This document shows, piece by piece, positions 29,904 to 40,694 of a stretch of 64,000 bases of DNA (positions are counted from its first letter, which is position 1; every line of letters begins with the position of its first letter). The stretch is from Acidobacteriota bacterium (lineage in GTDB: Bacteria; Acidobacteriota; UBA890; WLXD01): assembly GCA_963666215.2 (NCBI GenBank), contig CAXWPL010000002.1:416001-480000 (forward strand), in the 5' to 3' direction. Under the pieces are notes generated by a model, which ran no database searches, had not been told where the DNA came from, and saw nothing but the letters and a program-made list of their open reading frames with translations. Position numbers and translations under genes: made by a program.

Positions 29904-32621
29904 TTGGCACCCACCGCCGACGAGATCCGAAGCGCCTTTGTCGACTATTTCGTGTCGCGTGGACACAAGCACCTGCCCAGCGGCAGCTTGATCCCCGGCG
30001 ACGATCCGACGCTGCTGTTCACCAACGCCGGGATGAATCAGTTCAAGGACATCTTCGTTGGCGAGGTGGAGCGCTCGGTGCCGCGCGCGGTGACCTCGCA
30101 GAAGTGCATGCGCGTCTCTGGCAAGCACAACGACCTCGACAACGTAGGCCCTTCGCTGACGCATCACACGTTCTTCGAGATGCTGGGCAACTTTTCCTTC
30201 GGAGACTATTTCAAAGCGGAAGCGATCCGCATGGCCTGGGAGCTTTGTGTCGAAGGGTTCGGGCTGCCGCCGGAGCGCCTGTGGGCGAGTGTCTACGAGC
30301 AGGACGACGAGGCGGGCGAGCTGTGGCTGCAGGAAAGCGACGTGCCCGCCAGCCGCATCGTACGCCTCGGCAAAGAGGACAACTACTGGTCGATGGGGGA
30401 CACCGGTCCTTGCGGTCCGTGCTCCGAGATCTACTTCGATTGGGAGCCGCCCGCCGATGGAGTTGCCGGCGACGGCGATCAACCGGGCTCCGACTCGGGT
30501 CGCTTCGTCGAGCTGTGGAATCTCGTCTTCATGCAGTTCAACACCGATAGCAGCGGCGTGGTGTCGCCCCTGCCATCGCCGAACATCGACACCGGCGCTG
30601 GCCTGGAGCGCGTGACCGCCGTCCTCCAAGGGACCCGCAGCAGCTACGACACCGACCTTTTCGCGCCCATCATCGCCGGCGTCGCCGCACAGGCCGGCAT
30701 CACGTATGGCGAGGCTGACGAGAGCGATGTTGCGTTGCGTGTCATCGCCGATCACAGCCGCGCGCTCGCCTTTTTGCTGGCCGACGGGGTGATGCCGGCC
30801 AACGAGGGGCGCGGCTACGTGCTGCGGCGTGTTTTGCGCCGCGCCATGCGCTTCGGTATGAAGCTCGGCTTCGATCGTCCGTTCTTGCATGCCAGCGCCG
30901 CGGCTGTCGTGGAGCGCATGGGGACGACGTTCCCGGAGCTCAGCGAACAGCGCCAACTGATCGGCCGCGTGGTGTCGGGCGAGGAGGAGCGGTTCCTGCA
31001 GACACTGGCGGGGGCGTCGAGGGTCTTCAACGAGCGCGTCGACGAGCTGCGGTCGGCGGGCGAGAGCAGTATCCCGGGAGAGGTTGCATTCGCGCTCTAC
31101 GACACCCACGGGTTGCCCCTCGAGCTGGCGAGAGAGTTCGCTGAAGCTGAAGGCATGACGATCGACGAAGCGGGCTTCGACAGCGCCATGGAGGGCCAGC
31201 GCAGCCGCGCGCGCGCGGCCTGGAAGGGCGGCGCCGGTGTCGACGAACCTTTGCGCGAGCTGCTGCGAGGCGCCGTTGCCGACGATCCGAGCTGGACCGG
31301 CGAATTCGTGGGCTACGAGCTCCTTTCGATCGACGACGCGTGCGTGGTCGGGCTGGTCGCCAACGGAGAGCTCGTCGAGCGCCTTGGAGTCGGCGACGAA
31401 GGAGGCCTTGTGACCGACCGGACCCCCTTCTACGCCGAGTCGGGAGGTCAGGTGGGTGATCGCGGCGTCGTGACCACCAGCGAGGGCGATGGCGTCAGGG
31501 CGGAGGTGGAAGACACGACTCGACCGGTGGCCGGCGTCATTCTGCATCGCGTCAGAGTTCTCGATGGAGAGCTCGCGCTCGGCGATCGCGTGACTCTGAG
31601 CGTAGACGCCGACCGACGCCTGGATACCCGGAGCAATCACACGTCAACGCATTTGCTGCATGCGGTTCTGCGCGAGCGTCTCGGTGAGCACGTGCGGCAG
31701 GCCGGGTCGCTCGTTGAGCCGGAGCGACTGCGCTTCGATTTCGCGCACTACGAGGCGATTCCGTCGAGCATGCTGGAGCAGCTCGAAGCCGACATCAACA
31801 CGGCGATCCGCGCCGACATCGAGGTGGAGACCGTGGAGACCGATCACGCCGCTGCCATCGCCAAGGGGGCGCTGGCATTCTTCGGCGAGAAATACGGCGA
31901 TCGCGTGCGGGTGGTGAACGTGCCCGGGATCTCGATGGAACTGTGCGGTGGCACCCATGTGTCGCGAACCGGAGAGATCGGTGGGCTCGTGATCCAGCGC
32001 GAGGAGAGCGTTGCCGCAGGTACCCGCAGAATCGAAGCGGTCACTGGCCGCGCCGCCTTGCAGGCCACCCAGCGCTACCGCGACCTCGTGCGGCGAGCCG
32101 CGAGCGGGGTGAAGGCCTCGGAGGACCAGCTACCCGACCACGTCGAACGCCTTGTGCAGCGTGCCCAGCAGGCCGAGCGAGCCGCCGAACAGCTGCGTTT
32201 GGAGCTCGCCGCCGAGCGTGCGCAGGCGTCTCTGCGCGCTGCCGAGGGCGGATTCGGTGGCACAGAGGCTGCCGGGGAGGGGAGCGTGCAGGTTGACGGC
32301 GTCCATTTGTTGCGGCAGCGCGTCGACGGCCTCGATCCAGCCGGTATGCGTAACCTGGCCGACGAGCTCAAGGAATCGCTCGGCAGTGGCGTTGTTGTGC
32401 TCGCCTCCAGGCAGGGCGCCAAAGCGGGCTTCGTGGTTGGAGTCACCGCCGACCTGACGGCGCGGGTGGGGGCCGGTGACCTGGTCCGGCGGCTCGCGGC
32501 CATCGTTGGCGGCGGTGGTGGCGGCAAGCCCGGGTTGGCTCAGGCCGGTGGTCCGGACGGAGAGCGCCTCGAGGAGGCGCTTGAAAAGGCTCCGGAGATC
32601 CTGGCGGAGCTGCTACCGTAG
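29904..32621 (+). CDS. alaS: Alanine--tRNA ligase
   Basis: LLFTNAGMNQFK, HHTFFEMLGNFSFGDYFK, ELCGGTHV, GGGGKPGLAQAG. Confidence 0.98.
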   Translation: MAPTADEIRSAFVDYFVSRGHKHLPSGSLIPGDDPTLLFTNAGMNQFKDIFVGEVERSVPRAVTSQKCMRVSGKHNDLDNVGPSLTHHTFFEMLGNFSFGDYFKAEAIRMAWELCVEGFGLPPERLWASVYEQDDEAGELWLQESDVPASRIVRLGKEDNYWSMGDTGPCGPCSEIYFDWEPPADGVAGDGDQPGSDSGRFVELWNLVFMQFNTDSSGVVSPLPSPNIDTGAGLERVTAVLQGTRSSYDTDLFAPIIAGVAAQAGITYGEADESDVALRVIADHSRALAFLLADGVMPANEGRGYVLRRVLRRAMRFGMKLGFDRPFLHASAAAVVERMGTTFPELSEQRQLIGRVVSGEEERFLQTLAGASRVFNERVDELRSAGESSIPGEVAFALYDTHGLPLELAREFAEAEGMTIDEAGFDSAMEGQRSRARAAWKGGAGVDEPLRELLRGAVADDPSWTGEFVGYELLSIDDACVVGLVANGELVERLGVGDEGGLVTDRTPFYAESGGQVGDRGVVTTSEGDGVRAEVEDTTRPVAGVILHRVRVLDGELALGDRVTLSVDADRRLDTRSNHTSTHLLHAVLRERLGEHVRQAGSLVEPERLRFDFAHYEAIPSSMLEQLEADINTAIRADIEVETVETDHAAAIAKGALAFFGEKYGDRVRVVNVPGISMELCGGTHVSRTGEIGGLVIQREESVAAGTRRIEAVTGRAALQATQRYRDLVRRAASGVKASEDQLPDHVERLVQRAQQAERAAEQLRLELAAERAQASLRAAEGGFGGTEAAGEGSVQVDGVHLLRQRVDGLDPAGMRNLADELKESLGSGVVVLASRQGAKAGFVVGVTADLTARVGAGDLVRRLAAIVGGGGGGKPGLAQAGGPDGERLEEALEKAPEILAELLP

Positions 32622-32720
32622 AACGAGCGGCTGGCCCCAGTCAGTCGCTGCTGCGCAGAAATCCTCCCCGGTCTTGCGAGTCCCGAATACGGTGCAGGGG
32701 CTCGATCAACAGGACCAGCC

Positions 32721-33386
32721 ATGCTTGCCTTTGGTTTACCGGGGGGCGGCGCCCGACTGCTGATGTCGGCTGCGGCCGCCGTGCTTGTTTCCGTGCTGCC
32801 GGCGCTCGCCGGTGTTGCCGAGGCGCAGATCTACGTGGTCAAGCAGCCCGACGGGAGCCAGCGATTCACCACGCGTCCCGAGCCAGGGGCGGAGGTGTAC
32901 ATCCGCACTCGGCACACCACCGTCACCGATGCGGCTGCCGCCGCGGACGCTCGGTTCGCTCGCCCTGTGCGTGTGACCGGACGGTTCAGCGACGAAATCA
33001 TCGCCGCCGCGATCGATCATCGGGTCGATCCCGAGTTGATCACCGCCGTGATCTCTGTGGAGTCCGCGTTCGACCCGCTCGCACGCTCTCATGTCGGGGC
33101 CCAGGGTCTGATGCAGCTGATGCCGGCGACGGCGCGCGAGCTTGGCGTTGCCGACGTTTGGGACCCTGAACAGAACATCGACGGCGGCACCCGTTACCTC
33201 GCCCGGTTGCTGAGGAAGTACGACGACACCGAGCTGGCGTTGGCGGCCTACAACGCCGGAGAGACTGCCGTGGAGCGCTACCGCGGGATTCCGCCCTACC
33301 AGGAGACTCAAAGCTACGTACGAAAAGTAGTCGAGACATACCGCCGCTATCGAGGTCTCGGTGGAGTGAGCGTATCCCGTAGGTGA
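32721..33386 (+). CDS. Lytic transglycosylase (SLT domain)
   Basis: VES.F, GAQGLMQLMP, ALAAYNAG, ETQ.YV. Confidence 0.92.
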   Translation: MLAFGLPGGGARLLMSAAAAVLVSVLPALAGVAEAQIYVVKQPDGSQRFTTRPEPGAEVYIRTRHTTVTDAAAAADARFARPVRVTGRFSDEIIAAAIDHRVDPELITAVISVESAFDPLARSHVGAQGLMQLMPATARELGVADVWDPEQNIDGGTRYLARLLRKYDDTELALAAYNAGETAVERYRGIPPYQETQSYVRKVVETYRRYRGLGGVSVSRR

Positions 33387-33564
33387 ACGCGTCTCTGCCC
33401 ATCTCCAGCCAGACGCTCACTGACGTGGCCGCGATCAATCTGCGGAGGCGGGATTGCGGCGCTGTCGCGCCTCCGCATATACTCAGCACGCTCTCATGAG
33501 CAGATGAGTTTCAGGGCGAAAGCGTAGCCAGCAGGTTGGGAGGCCTGGCAGGAGATGCACTGCC

Positions 33565-35403
33565 TTGCCCACCTCTCTGAGCACTCGCAGTCACGACGGC
33601 GCGGTTGATAGCAGGCCGCGCCGCGCCGGGGTCCTGCTCCTCGCAGTCGCGGGGATGCTTTTGGCAGGTCCCAATCCTGTTTTTGCCGGGATTGGCAACA
33701 ACAGCGCCGAGAGTTCGTTCGTGCGCGCCGAGACGCTGTATCGGCAGCTCGATGCGGTCGATCCGTTGGCCTATGAGACCGAGGCTTGGACAGCGCTCGC
33801 CGATGCCTACCTCGACATCTCGAACAGCTTTCCGGGTAGCCCGTTGGCGGCGCTGGCGCTCTGGCGCGTGGGTGACATCCACGAGCGCCGGCAGCTTGGC
33901 GGGGTAGACGACGCCTGGGTGCAGGCAGCCGCAAGCTACAGATCGCTGGTCGATCGGTATCCCGCCGCGGAACAGGCTCCCGCGGCCCTTTTGCGCCTCG
34001 GCCGTCTCGTTCAGGATGGACCGCAGGGGCAATCCGAGGCGGCAGCGCACTACTACACGTTGCTCGAGCGCTACCCGGATGTTCCCAAAACCGCAGAGGC
34101 GCGTCGGCGGCTCCTGGTGATCAACGACAACCAGGCGCTGCTGGCAAGTGCCGAGCCCGCGGCTTCCACTCCGCAGCCACGGCGCGCGAGCGATCGCCCC
34201 CTGGCTCCGGAAGTCTCAATGGATGACGGTGGCACGGGAAGCCGCGCCAACGCCGAGAGTCGTGAGAGCGAGATCGAGCTTCCCGCGATCCGCGACGGCG
34301 GCGGCATCGATCGGCGGGACAACGCGGTGCTGAGCCTGCGCCACTACTCCGACGACATTCACTCACGCGTCGTCATCGATCTGGAGCGTCCGCTGCGTCA
34401 TGAGGTGGGCGAAGTGAAAGACCCGGCGCGGCTATTCATTGACCTGCACGGGGCGGATCTGCCGGCGGATCTGCCGCGGGCCATGACCGTGGGCGGCGTG
34501 GCCTTGTCGCAGGTCCGCGTGGGCGTGAACCGCCCGGGCGTGGTTCGTGTGGTCCTCGACCTGGCTGCTGAGGCGCGGTACTCGGTGTTCACGCTCGCCG
34601 GCCCGGATCGGCTGGTCATTGACGTCGCGAGCCCCGAGATGTCGGCTCGCCTGGCAAGCGCGCGCCGGCCGTCGGCCGAAGTCGAAGATGTTGAAGCGCG
34701 TCCGCTGCAGCTCGATGTTCGGCGGATCGTCATCGATCCCGGCCACGGAGGTACGGCACCTGGCGCGATTGGGCACACCGGAGTAACCGAGAAGGAGCTG
34801 GCGCTCGATATTGCCAACCGTGTTGCCGAGAACCTCCGCAACGGCGGCTCGTACCAGGTGGAATTGACCCGCGACGACGATTCCAGCGTCGAGCTCGAAG
34901 ATCGCCCGTTACTGGCCAATCAGGTCGAGGCCGACCTCTTCGTGTCGATTCACATCAACGCTTCCGATAACCGCAAGCTCTCGGGCTTCGAAACGTACTA
35001 TCTGGATGGCACTGCCGGTGACACCACCGCAGCCGAGACCGCGGCGCGTGAAAACCAGACGGCAAGCGGTCGGACCAGCAGTCTCATGGCCATGGTCGAC
35101 AGTATCGTCAGGAACGCCCTGCGTCACGACTCGCGGGCGCTGGCCCATTCGATCCAAGACAGCCTGGTGATGCAGATGAGTCGCCACTACGGTGATGTGC
35201 GCGATCTGGGAGTGAAGCACGCGCCGTTCGTCGTGCTGGTGGGGGCCCGCATGCCGAGCGTCCTGATTGAGGCGTCGTTCATCAGCAACGAACAGGAAGA
35301 GCAGCGCCTGCGCACGGACGCGTATCGACAGCGCGTCGCAGACGCGATTTACGTTGGCATCGAGAGCTTCGTCGAGCAGCGCCGACTGACCGCGGCGTTC
35401 TAG
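33565..35403 (+). CDS. amiC: N-acetylmuramoyl-L-alanine amidase (TPR + AMIN + Amidase_3)
   Basis: IDPGHGG...EKELAL, FVSIHINAS, PSVLIE. Confidence 0.9.
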   Translation: MPTSLSTRSHDGAVDSRPRRAGVLLLAVAGMLLAGPNPVFAGIGNNSAESSFVRAETLYRQLDAVDPLAYETEAWTALADAYLDISNSFPGSPLAALALWRVGDIHERRQLGGVDDAWVQAAASYRSLVDRYPAAEQAPAALLRLGRLVQDGPQGQSEAAAHYYTLLERYPDVPKTAEARRRLLVINDNQALLASAEPAASTPQPRRASDRPLAPEVSMDDGGTGSRANAESRESEIELPAIRDGGGIDRRDNAVLSLRHYSDDIHSRVVIDLERPLRHEVGEVKDPARLFIDLHGADLPADLPRAMTVGGVALSQVRVGVNRPGVVRVVLDLAAEARYSVFTLAGPDRLVIDVASPEMSARLASARRPSAEVEDVEARPLQLDVRRIVIDPGHGGTAPGAIGHTGVTEKELALDIANRVAENLRNGGSYQVELTRDDDSSVELEDRPLLANQVEADLFVSIHINASDNRKLSGFETYYLDGTAGDTTAAETAARENQTASGRTSSLMAMVDSIVRNALRHDSRALAHSIQDSLVMQMSRHYGDVRDLGVKHAPFVVLVGARMPSVLIEASFISNEQEEQRLRTDAYRQRVADAIYVGIESFVEQRRLTAAF

Positions 35404-35531
35404 AGAGCGCGGAGAGCGAGGGCAGCGTAGGGTACGGCGCCACACGAGGGTGCTGTTCTTCGAGATCGCGATTTCAGGGCCCGCCCGCCCCCGCGATCGC
35501 CCTCGCCCCTCTGCCCTGGATTCCCTTCGAC

Positions 35532-35981
35532 CTACACGACTGTTTGCTGCGCGCCAACCAGGGGGCGGTAGCTGGCACTGAAGCCCGCCGCCTCGCCGAT
35601 CGTGATCTGGCTGACCTCGAGCTCTTCAGGCAGGTGTTGCCCGAGCTCGCGAGCAAGCTCGACGGCTACCTCCTCGGCGGTCGGGTTGATGCGATCGAAG
35701 GGCGGCACATCGTTGAGGCTGCGCCCGCGATAGCGCGCCACCCAGCCGGCGAGCAGGTCGTGTGCGGTCGCTACCACGGGTTCGGGCGGGCCATGATCGC
35801 CCTGCCAGTCGAGGTGGGCGCAGGCGCGCCAGTGATGCACATGAACCGGCTCCAGAGTACCGCGCGCGCGCGCGTCGATCCGGATGCGATGTGCGGCCGG
35901 GAATCCGATTTCGATTCGCACGCGCAAAGTCGGTCTCCAGGTTTGAGGGCTCCGCGACCCCGATGGCAGCGAAGCGCCCAT
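35532..35981 (-). CDS. QueD/6-pyruvoyl-tetrahydropterin synthase-like protein
   Basis: F.AAH, HVHHW, LND...F..INPTAE. Confidence 0.75.
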   Translation of the reverse strand: MGASLPSGSRSPQTWRPTLRVRIEIGFPAAHRIRIDARARGTLEPVHVHHWRACAHLDWQGDHGPPEPVVATAHDLLAGWVARYRGRSLNDVPPFDRINPTAEEVAVELARELGQHLPEELEVSQITIGEAAGFSASYRPLVGAQQTVV

Positions 35982-36200
35982 TGTGTCGGCTGCTCACGAC
36001 GTGGCCGCCAAGAGGAATACACTCTATTCGACCTCGGGCTCGCGCTTGATCGGGCTCGGTAGCGCGACAGCGCTGTGCCGGGGCGCGCGAATGGGCGGTT
36101 TGGTCGGGGTCGCTCGGTGGGTAGAATCAACCAGTGGTAGCGAAGAACGCCGTAGGTTCACGTCGGCCAGTCGAGATCCCTGAATGACGAGCGGCGAGCA

Positions 36201-36815
36201 GTGAACAGGCAAGCCAAGCCCACAATCACGGTCGCTGGTGCCGCGTCGGAGGAGGCAGCCGGCGCTTCGGGCATGGGAACGCTGATAACGCTGCCGAACG
36301 CGCTGACTGCGCTCCGCATCTTCCTCGTTCCGGTGCTCGTGGTCGTGGTGCTCACGCGCTACGAACGCACGGGGTTCGCGATCTTCGTCGCCGCGTCGGC
36401 TACCGACTGGCTCGACGGCCACCTTGCACGCAAGCGGCAGCAGGTGACCACACTCGGCAAGCTGCTCGATCCGCTGGCCGACAAGTTGCTGATCTGTGCC
36501 GCCTTCATCTCGTTGGTGGAGCTCGGCCTCGCGCCGGCCTGGATGGTGGTGGTCGTCGTCGGCCGCGAGCTCGCGGTGACAGGCCTGCGGGCGGTAGCCG
36601 CAGATCAAGGAGTGACGATTCCAGCCTCGCCCATTGGCAAGTACAAGATGGCGGCCCAGGTGGTCGCGGTGGGCATCCTGATTCTGGGATCGCAGATGGG
36701 CAGATTCATCGTCCTCGGCGAGATGGCGCTCTGGGTGGTCGTCGTGCTGGCGATCGTCTCGATGGGAATGTACTTCGCCCGCTTCTGGCAGCGCCTGGGC
36801 CTGGGAAGCTCCTAA
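36201..36815 (+). CDS. pgsA: CDP-diacylglycerol--glycerol-3-phosphate 3-phosphatidyltransferase
   Basis: PNALT..R, TDWLDGHLAR, GKLLDPLADK, GKYK. Confidence 0.95.
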   Translation: MNRQAKPTITVAGAASEEAAGASGMGTLITLPNALTALRIFLVPVLVVVVLTRYERTGFAIFVAASATDWLDGHLARKRQQVTTLGKLLDPLADKLLICAAFISLVELGLAPAWMVVVVVGRELAVTGLRAVAADQGVTIPASPIGKYKMAAQVVAVGILILGSQMGRFIVLGEMALWVVVVLAIVSMGMYFARFWQRLGLGSS

Positions 36816-36913
36816 CCGTCTTTCGAGATCCCGGGATAGCCTCTCCAGGCGTGGGCGGCGCCGTCGGATTGCGCACTCCTGAGTATCGGGCGCATGGTCG
36901 GATCCAACGCCTA

Positions 36914-37091
36914 CTGGGCGTGGGCGGCACGGACGGACACACCCCCTCCTAGGCGATTGGCTGCGAGTAGTGGCCGCGGGCCGGGCCGGCGGCTCGAGTC
37001 AAGTGACGATCTTTGCCCGCGGCGATTTGTCGTTGCGCAGGGCATCGCTACGGAGAGGGTGTATCCGTCCGAGCTCTCCTCCCAAGCCCAG
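36914..37091. repeat. 178-nt long imperfect inverted repeat (rod hairpin) between convergent genes
   Basis: Nested complementary arms, e.g. CGGACGGACACACCC / GGGTGTATCCGTCCG and GCCGCGGGC / GCCCGCGGC. Confidence 0.7.
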
Positions 37092-37164
37092 CACCCACGA
37101 CCCGCCACCTTTGGCTACTGTCCGGCCACGACAGGATGCCCTGAGGACCTGCCGCAGTGAGATC

Positions 37165-38703
37165 TCAGCTCGAAGACTTCAGCCAGTCCACCAGCAGCCG
37201 CACCCCGAAGCCCGTGCCGCCGCGCGTGCGGTAGCCGCTCCCCTTGTCCAAATAGGCCGGCCCGGCGATGTCGAGGTGTGCCCAAGGTGTGTCACCAACG
37301 AAGTTCTGGAGGAACTTGCCCGCGGTGAGGGCTCCTGCGTAGCGGCCTCCGGTGTTCTTGATGTCGGCGACCTTGCTGTCGATCAGATCCTGGTAGACGT
37401 CGAATAGAGGCAGACGCCAGATGGTGTCGCCGGTGCGATGCGAAGCTGCCAATAGGTCGGTGGCGAGGTGGTCGTGATCGCTCATCAGGCCCGCGACGGT
37501 CTCTCCAAGCGCCACGACACAGGCTCCCGTGAGCGTTGCGAGGTCGACCATGGCACGCGGCTGGAAGCGTTCGACGGTGTAGGCCAGGGCGTCGGCGAGG
37601 ACGAGCCGTCCCTCGGCGTCGGTGTTGAGCACCTCGATGGTCTTGCCGTTGAGCGCTCGAATGATGTCGCCAGGACGATAAGCGTCGGCCGACGGCATGT
37701 TCTCGGCCATCGGCACGACTCCCACGACGGTGGTCGGCAGATCGAGTTGGGCTACCGCGCGCATGGTCGCCAGCACCGCGGCCGCTCCCGACATGTCGGC
37801 CTTCATCTCGTCCATCTTGGCGGGTGGCTTCAAGGAGATCCCGCCGGTGTCGAAGGTGATTCCCTTGCCGACGAGGGCGGTCGGCTGCCCGTCTGCGTTC
37901 CTGCCGCGATGCTGCAGCACGACCAGTCGGGGCTCGACCGAGGACCCGCGACCGACTGCGAGCAACGCGTTCATGCCCAGAGCTTCGATCGCGGGCTCGT
38001 CGAGGATCTCGCATTCCAGGCCGCATTCTGCAGCCATTTTGGCGGCGGCATTGGCGAGCTGTGGCGGGCGTTTGTCGTTGGGCGGAGTGTTGATGAGCTC
38101 ACGTGCCCAGCAGGTAGCGTCGGCGATGATCCGGGCCTGGTCGACTGCTTCGGTCAGGCTGGCCAGGCTTGCAGGATCGGAAGAAGCGTCACCGACGGTG
38201 GCCACGGTGATCGCTTCGAGCTCTGTCGCATCTTTGATCGGCTTGTACGCCGTGTAGCGGTACGTGGTCAGTCGCGCAGCCTCTGTAGCTGCTGCGGCGA
38301 GCTCTTCGAGGTTCGCCACGGCGCTGGCGGTGCCCGCCCCGATTACCAGGCTGTGGGCGCCACGCGCGCGGCTGGTCCGCGTGGCCGAGGCGATCGAGCG
38401 CCGCCAGGTCTCCAGGTCGATGTCGCCGGCCGGGCCGAGTCCGACGAGCACCAGATCGGTGAAACGGGCCTTTCCGGTGTCGTGGCCGTCGGTTGGTACC
38501 GCCACGCAGCGGTTCGCTTTCCCGGTGAAAGCCCGGCTGGCCAGCGTTCGAGTGATGAGACCACCGCACGCCTCGTCGAGCGCTTCCCAGGGCGTCGGAC
38601 CGGTCTGTGGAGACTCCGGCCGCGACGCTTCCTCGCTGAAGGCCAACACGAGGGCGTCGGCCTCGAGCTCTTCTATCGGTGCTTCCGCGACCCTTGCCTG
38701 CAT
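37165..38703 (-). CDS. pepA: Leucyl aminopeptidase (M17)
   Basis: GKGITFDTGG, MKADM, NTDAEGRL, HLDIAG. Confidence 0.96.
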   Translation of the reverse strand: MQARVAEAPIEELEADALVLAFSEEASRPESPQTGPTPWEALDEACGGLITRTLASRAFTGKANRCVAVPTDGHDTGKARFTDLVLVGLGPAGDIDLETWRRSIASATRTSRARGAHSLVIGAGTASAVANLEELAAAATEAARLTTYRYTAYKPIKDATELEAITVATVGDASSDPASLASLTEAVDQARIIADATCWARELINTPPNDKRPPQLANAAAKMAAECGLECEILDEPAIEALGMNALLAVGRGSSVEPRLVVLQHRGRNADGQPTALVGKGITFDTGGISLKPPAKMDEMKADMSGAAAVLATMRAVAQLDLPTTVVGVVPMAENMPSADAYRPGDIIRALNGKTIEVLNTDAEGRLVLADALAYTVERFQPRAMVDLATLTGACVVALGETVAGLMSDHDHLATDLLAASHRTGDTIWRLPLFDVYQDLIDSKVADIKNTGGRYAGALTAGKFLQNFVGDTPWAHLDIAGPAYLDKGSGYRTRGGTGFGVRLLVDWLKSSS

Positions 38704-38719
38704 CGGTTGAGACTCCGGT

Positions 38720-39277
38720 TCAAATGCGCGGTGCGGTGATGCCGGTTTGCGCCTGGTACTTGCCCTTGCGGTCGGCGTAGGAGATTGCACACGGCTCGTC
38801 GCCGCTGAAAAAGAGAAGCTGGGCGATACCTTCGTGCGCGTAAATCTTGGCAGGGAGTGGCGTCGTGTTGGAGATCTCGAGCGTAATGTGGCCCTCCCAC
38901 TCGGGCTCGAGCGGTGTCACGTTGGTGATGATGCCGCAGCGCGCGTAAGTTGACTTGCCGACGCATACCACGAGCGTCTCGCGCGGAATGCGGAAGTACT
39001 CCAGCGAGCGCGCCAACGCGAAGGAGTTCGGCGGGATGATGCAGGTATCGCCGCGGTGGTCGACGACCATCGAGTCGACATCGAAGTTCTTCGGGTCGAC
39101 GATCGTGTTGCTGATGTTGGTGAAGATCTTGAACTCGTCGGCGATGCGCAGATCGTATCCGTACGAAGAGACCCCGTAGGAGATGATGTTCTCGGATACT
39201 TGGCCGTCCTCGAACGGTTCGATCATCCGTTGCTCGGTCGCCATCTTCCGGATCCAATGGTCCGGCTTGATGCCCAT
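38720..39277 (-). CDS. dcd: dCTP deaminase
   Basis: [31 protein letters not shown]. Confidence 0.97.
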   Translation of the reverse strand: MGIKPDHWIRKMATEQRMIEPFEDGQVSENIISYGVSSYGYDLRIADEFKIFTNISNTIVDPKNFDVDSMVVDHRGDTCIIPPNSFALARSLEYFRIPRETLVVCVGKSTYARCGIITNVTPLEPEWEGHITLEISNTTPLPAKIYAHEGIAQLLFFSGDEPCAISYADRKGKYQAQTGITAPRI

Positions 39278-39535
39278 TCGTGGTTACCCTCTCGATCGGC
39301 TCGGCTGAGCGTTGTGGCCGTCGCCAGGTTTCGCGACGTGTCGCGAAGTGTCGCCAGGCCGACGGCGCTGTGTGGCGGTTCCAGCTGACGTTCAGGGCGC
39401 GCCCGGCAGCCGGACGCGGTCGTGGACGTGGCGTCTATAATTGCGCACGACGGCAGCCTGCGTGACCCGTAGCCGCCCCCGCGACATGCACCGCGCCCGC
39501 GTCGCGTCCCGTTCCCTTTACGAATCGATCGAGCA

Positions 39536-40684
39536 GTGGACTTCAAACCGAGCCAAGAGCAGGCGCTCATCGCGTCGACCGTGCGCGAGTTTGCCGAGAC
39601 CGCGATCGGGCCGCATGTTCGCGACTGGGATGAGCAGCAGGCGTTTCCAGACTCGATCCTGGCGCAAATGGGTGAGCTCGGGTTGCTGGGGGTCATGGTG
39701 CCCGAGGAGCTCGGCGGAGCCGCATTAGGGCCTCTCGAGTTGGCCACTGTTATCGAGGAGCTGGCGCGAGTCGATCCATCGGTCGCGCTCGCGGCCGCCG
39801 CGCACAACGGACTGTGCATTGGCCATCTGCTGGTTGCCGCGGACGAGGAGCAACGACAGCGCTACTTGCCGAAGCTCGCCACGGGTGAGTGGATCGGCTG
39901 TTGGGGGCTGACCGAGCCGCAGGCCGGCTCCGATGCCGCCGGGACGCAGACTCGAGCCCACTGGAGCGACTCGGCCGGCACCTGGCAGATCAACGGTTCC
40001 AAGACCTTCAACACCAACGGATCGCGCTCCCAGGTGGCCGTCATTCACGCGGTGACCGATCCCGACAAGGGCAACAAGGGGATCTCGGCTTTCGTCGTCG
40101 AGCGCGGCACAGCGGGCTTCAGCGTTGGCCGCAAAGAAGACAAGCTAGGAATGCGTGCCAGCGACACCGTTGAGCTGCTGCTCGAGGACTGTGAAGTGCC
40201 GGCGGAGAACCTGGTGGGGAGGCGCGACCTGGGCTTCGTCGACGCTCTCAAGGTTCTCGACGGCGGTCGCATCAGCATCGGTGCGCTGGCGGTGGGTATC
40301 GCCCAAGGGGCCATGGAAGCCGCGGTGAGCTATGTGCACGAACGCACCCAGTTCGGGCGCCCGATCGGCCGCTTCGGGGCGATTCGGGACAAGCTGGCAC
40401 GCATGGCCGCCGAGGTGCGAGCGGCGCGTGGGCTGGTGTGGCGAGCCGCCCAGCTGCGTCATCACGAACGCCCCTTCAAGCTGGCGGCGTCGATCGCCAA
40501 GCTGTACTCCAGTGAGGTCGCGATGCGCGCCTCCGAGGAGGCGGTGCAGATTCTTGGCGGCTATGGATACGTCAAGGATTATCCGGTGGAGAAGTACTTC
40601 CGCGACGCCAAGCTGTGCACCATTGGTGAGGGGACCTCGGAGGTCCAGCGCATGGTCATCGCACGACAGTTGCTGGCGAGCTAG
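39536..40684 (+). CDS. Acyl-CoA dehydrogenase
   Basis: LTEPQAGSD, KLGMRAS, R.QFG..I, IGEGTSE. Confidence 0.95.
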   Translation: MDFKPSQEQALIASTVREFAETAIGPHVRDWDEQQAFPDSILAQMGELGLLGVMVPEELGGAALGPLELATVIEELARVDPSVALAAAAHNGLCIGHLLVAADEEQRQRYLPKLATGEWIGCWGLTEPQAGSDAAGTQTRAHWSDSAGTWQINGSKTFNTNGSRSQVAVIHAVTDPDKGNKGISAFVVERGTAGFSVGRKEDKLGMRASDTVELLLEDCEVPAENLVGRRDLGFVDALKVLDGGRISIGALAVGIAQGAMEAAVSYVHERTQFGRPIGRFGAIRDKLARMAAEVRAARGLVWRAAQLRHHERPFKLAASIAKLYSSEVAMRASEEAVQILGGYGYVKDYPVEKYFRDAKLCTIGEGTSEVQRMVIARQLLAS

Positions 40685-40694
40685 AGCGTAGCCA

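Noticed and set aside
26400-31640. Long antisense ORFs (558 aa, 692 aa and similar)
   Set aside because: Shadow ORFs of ilvE and alaS, expected at high GC; no recognisable motifs.
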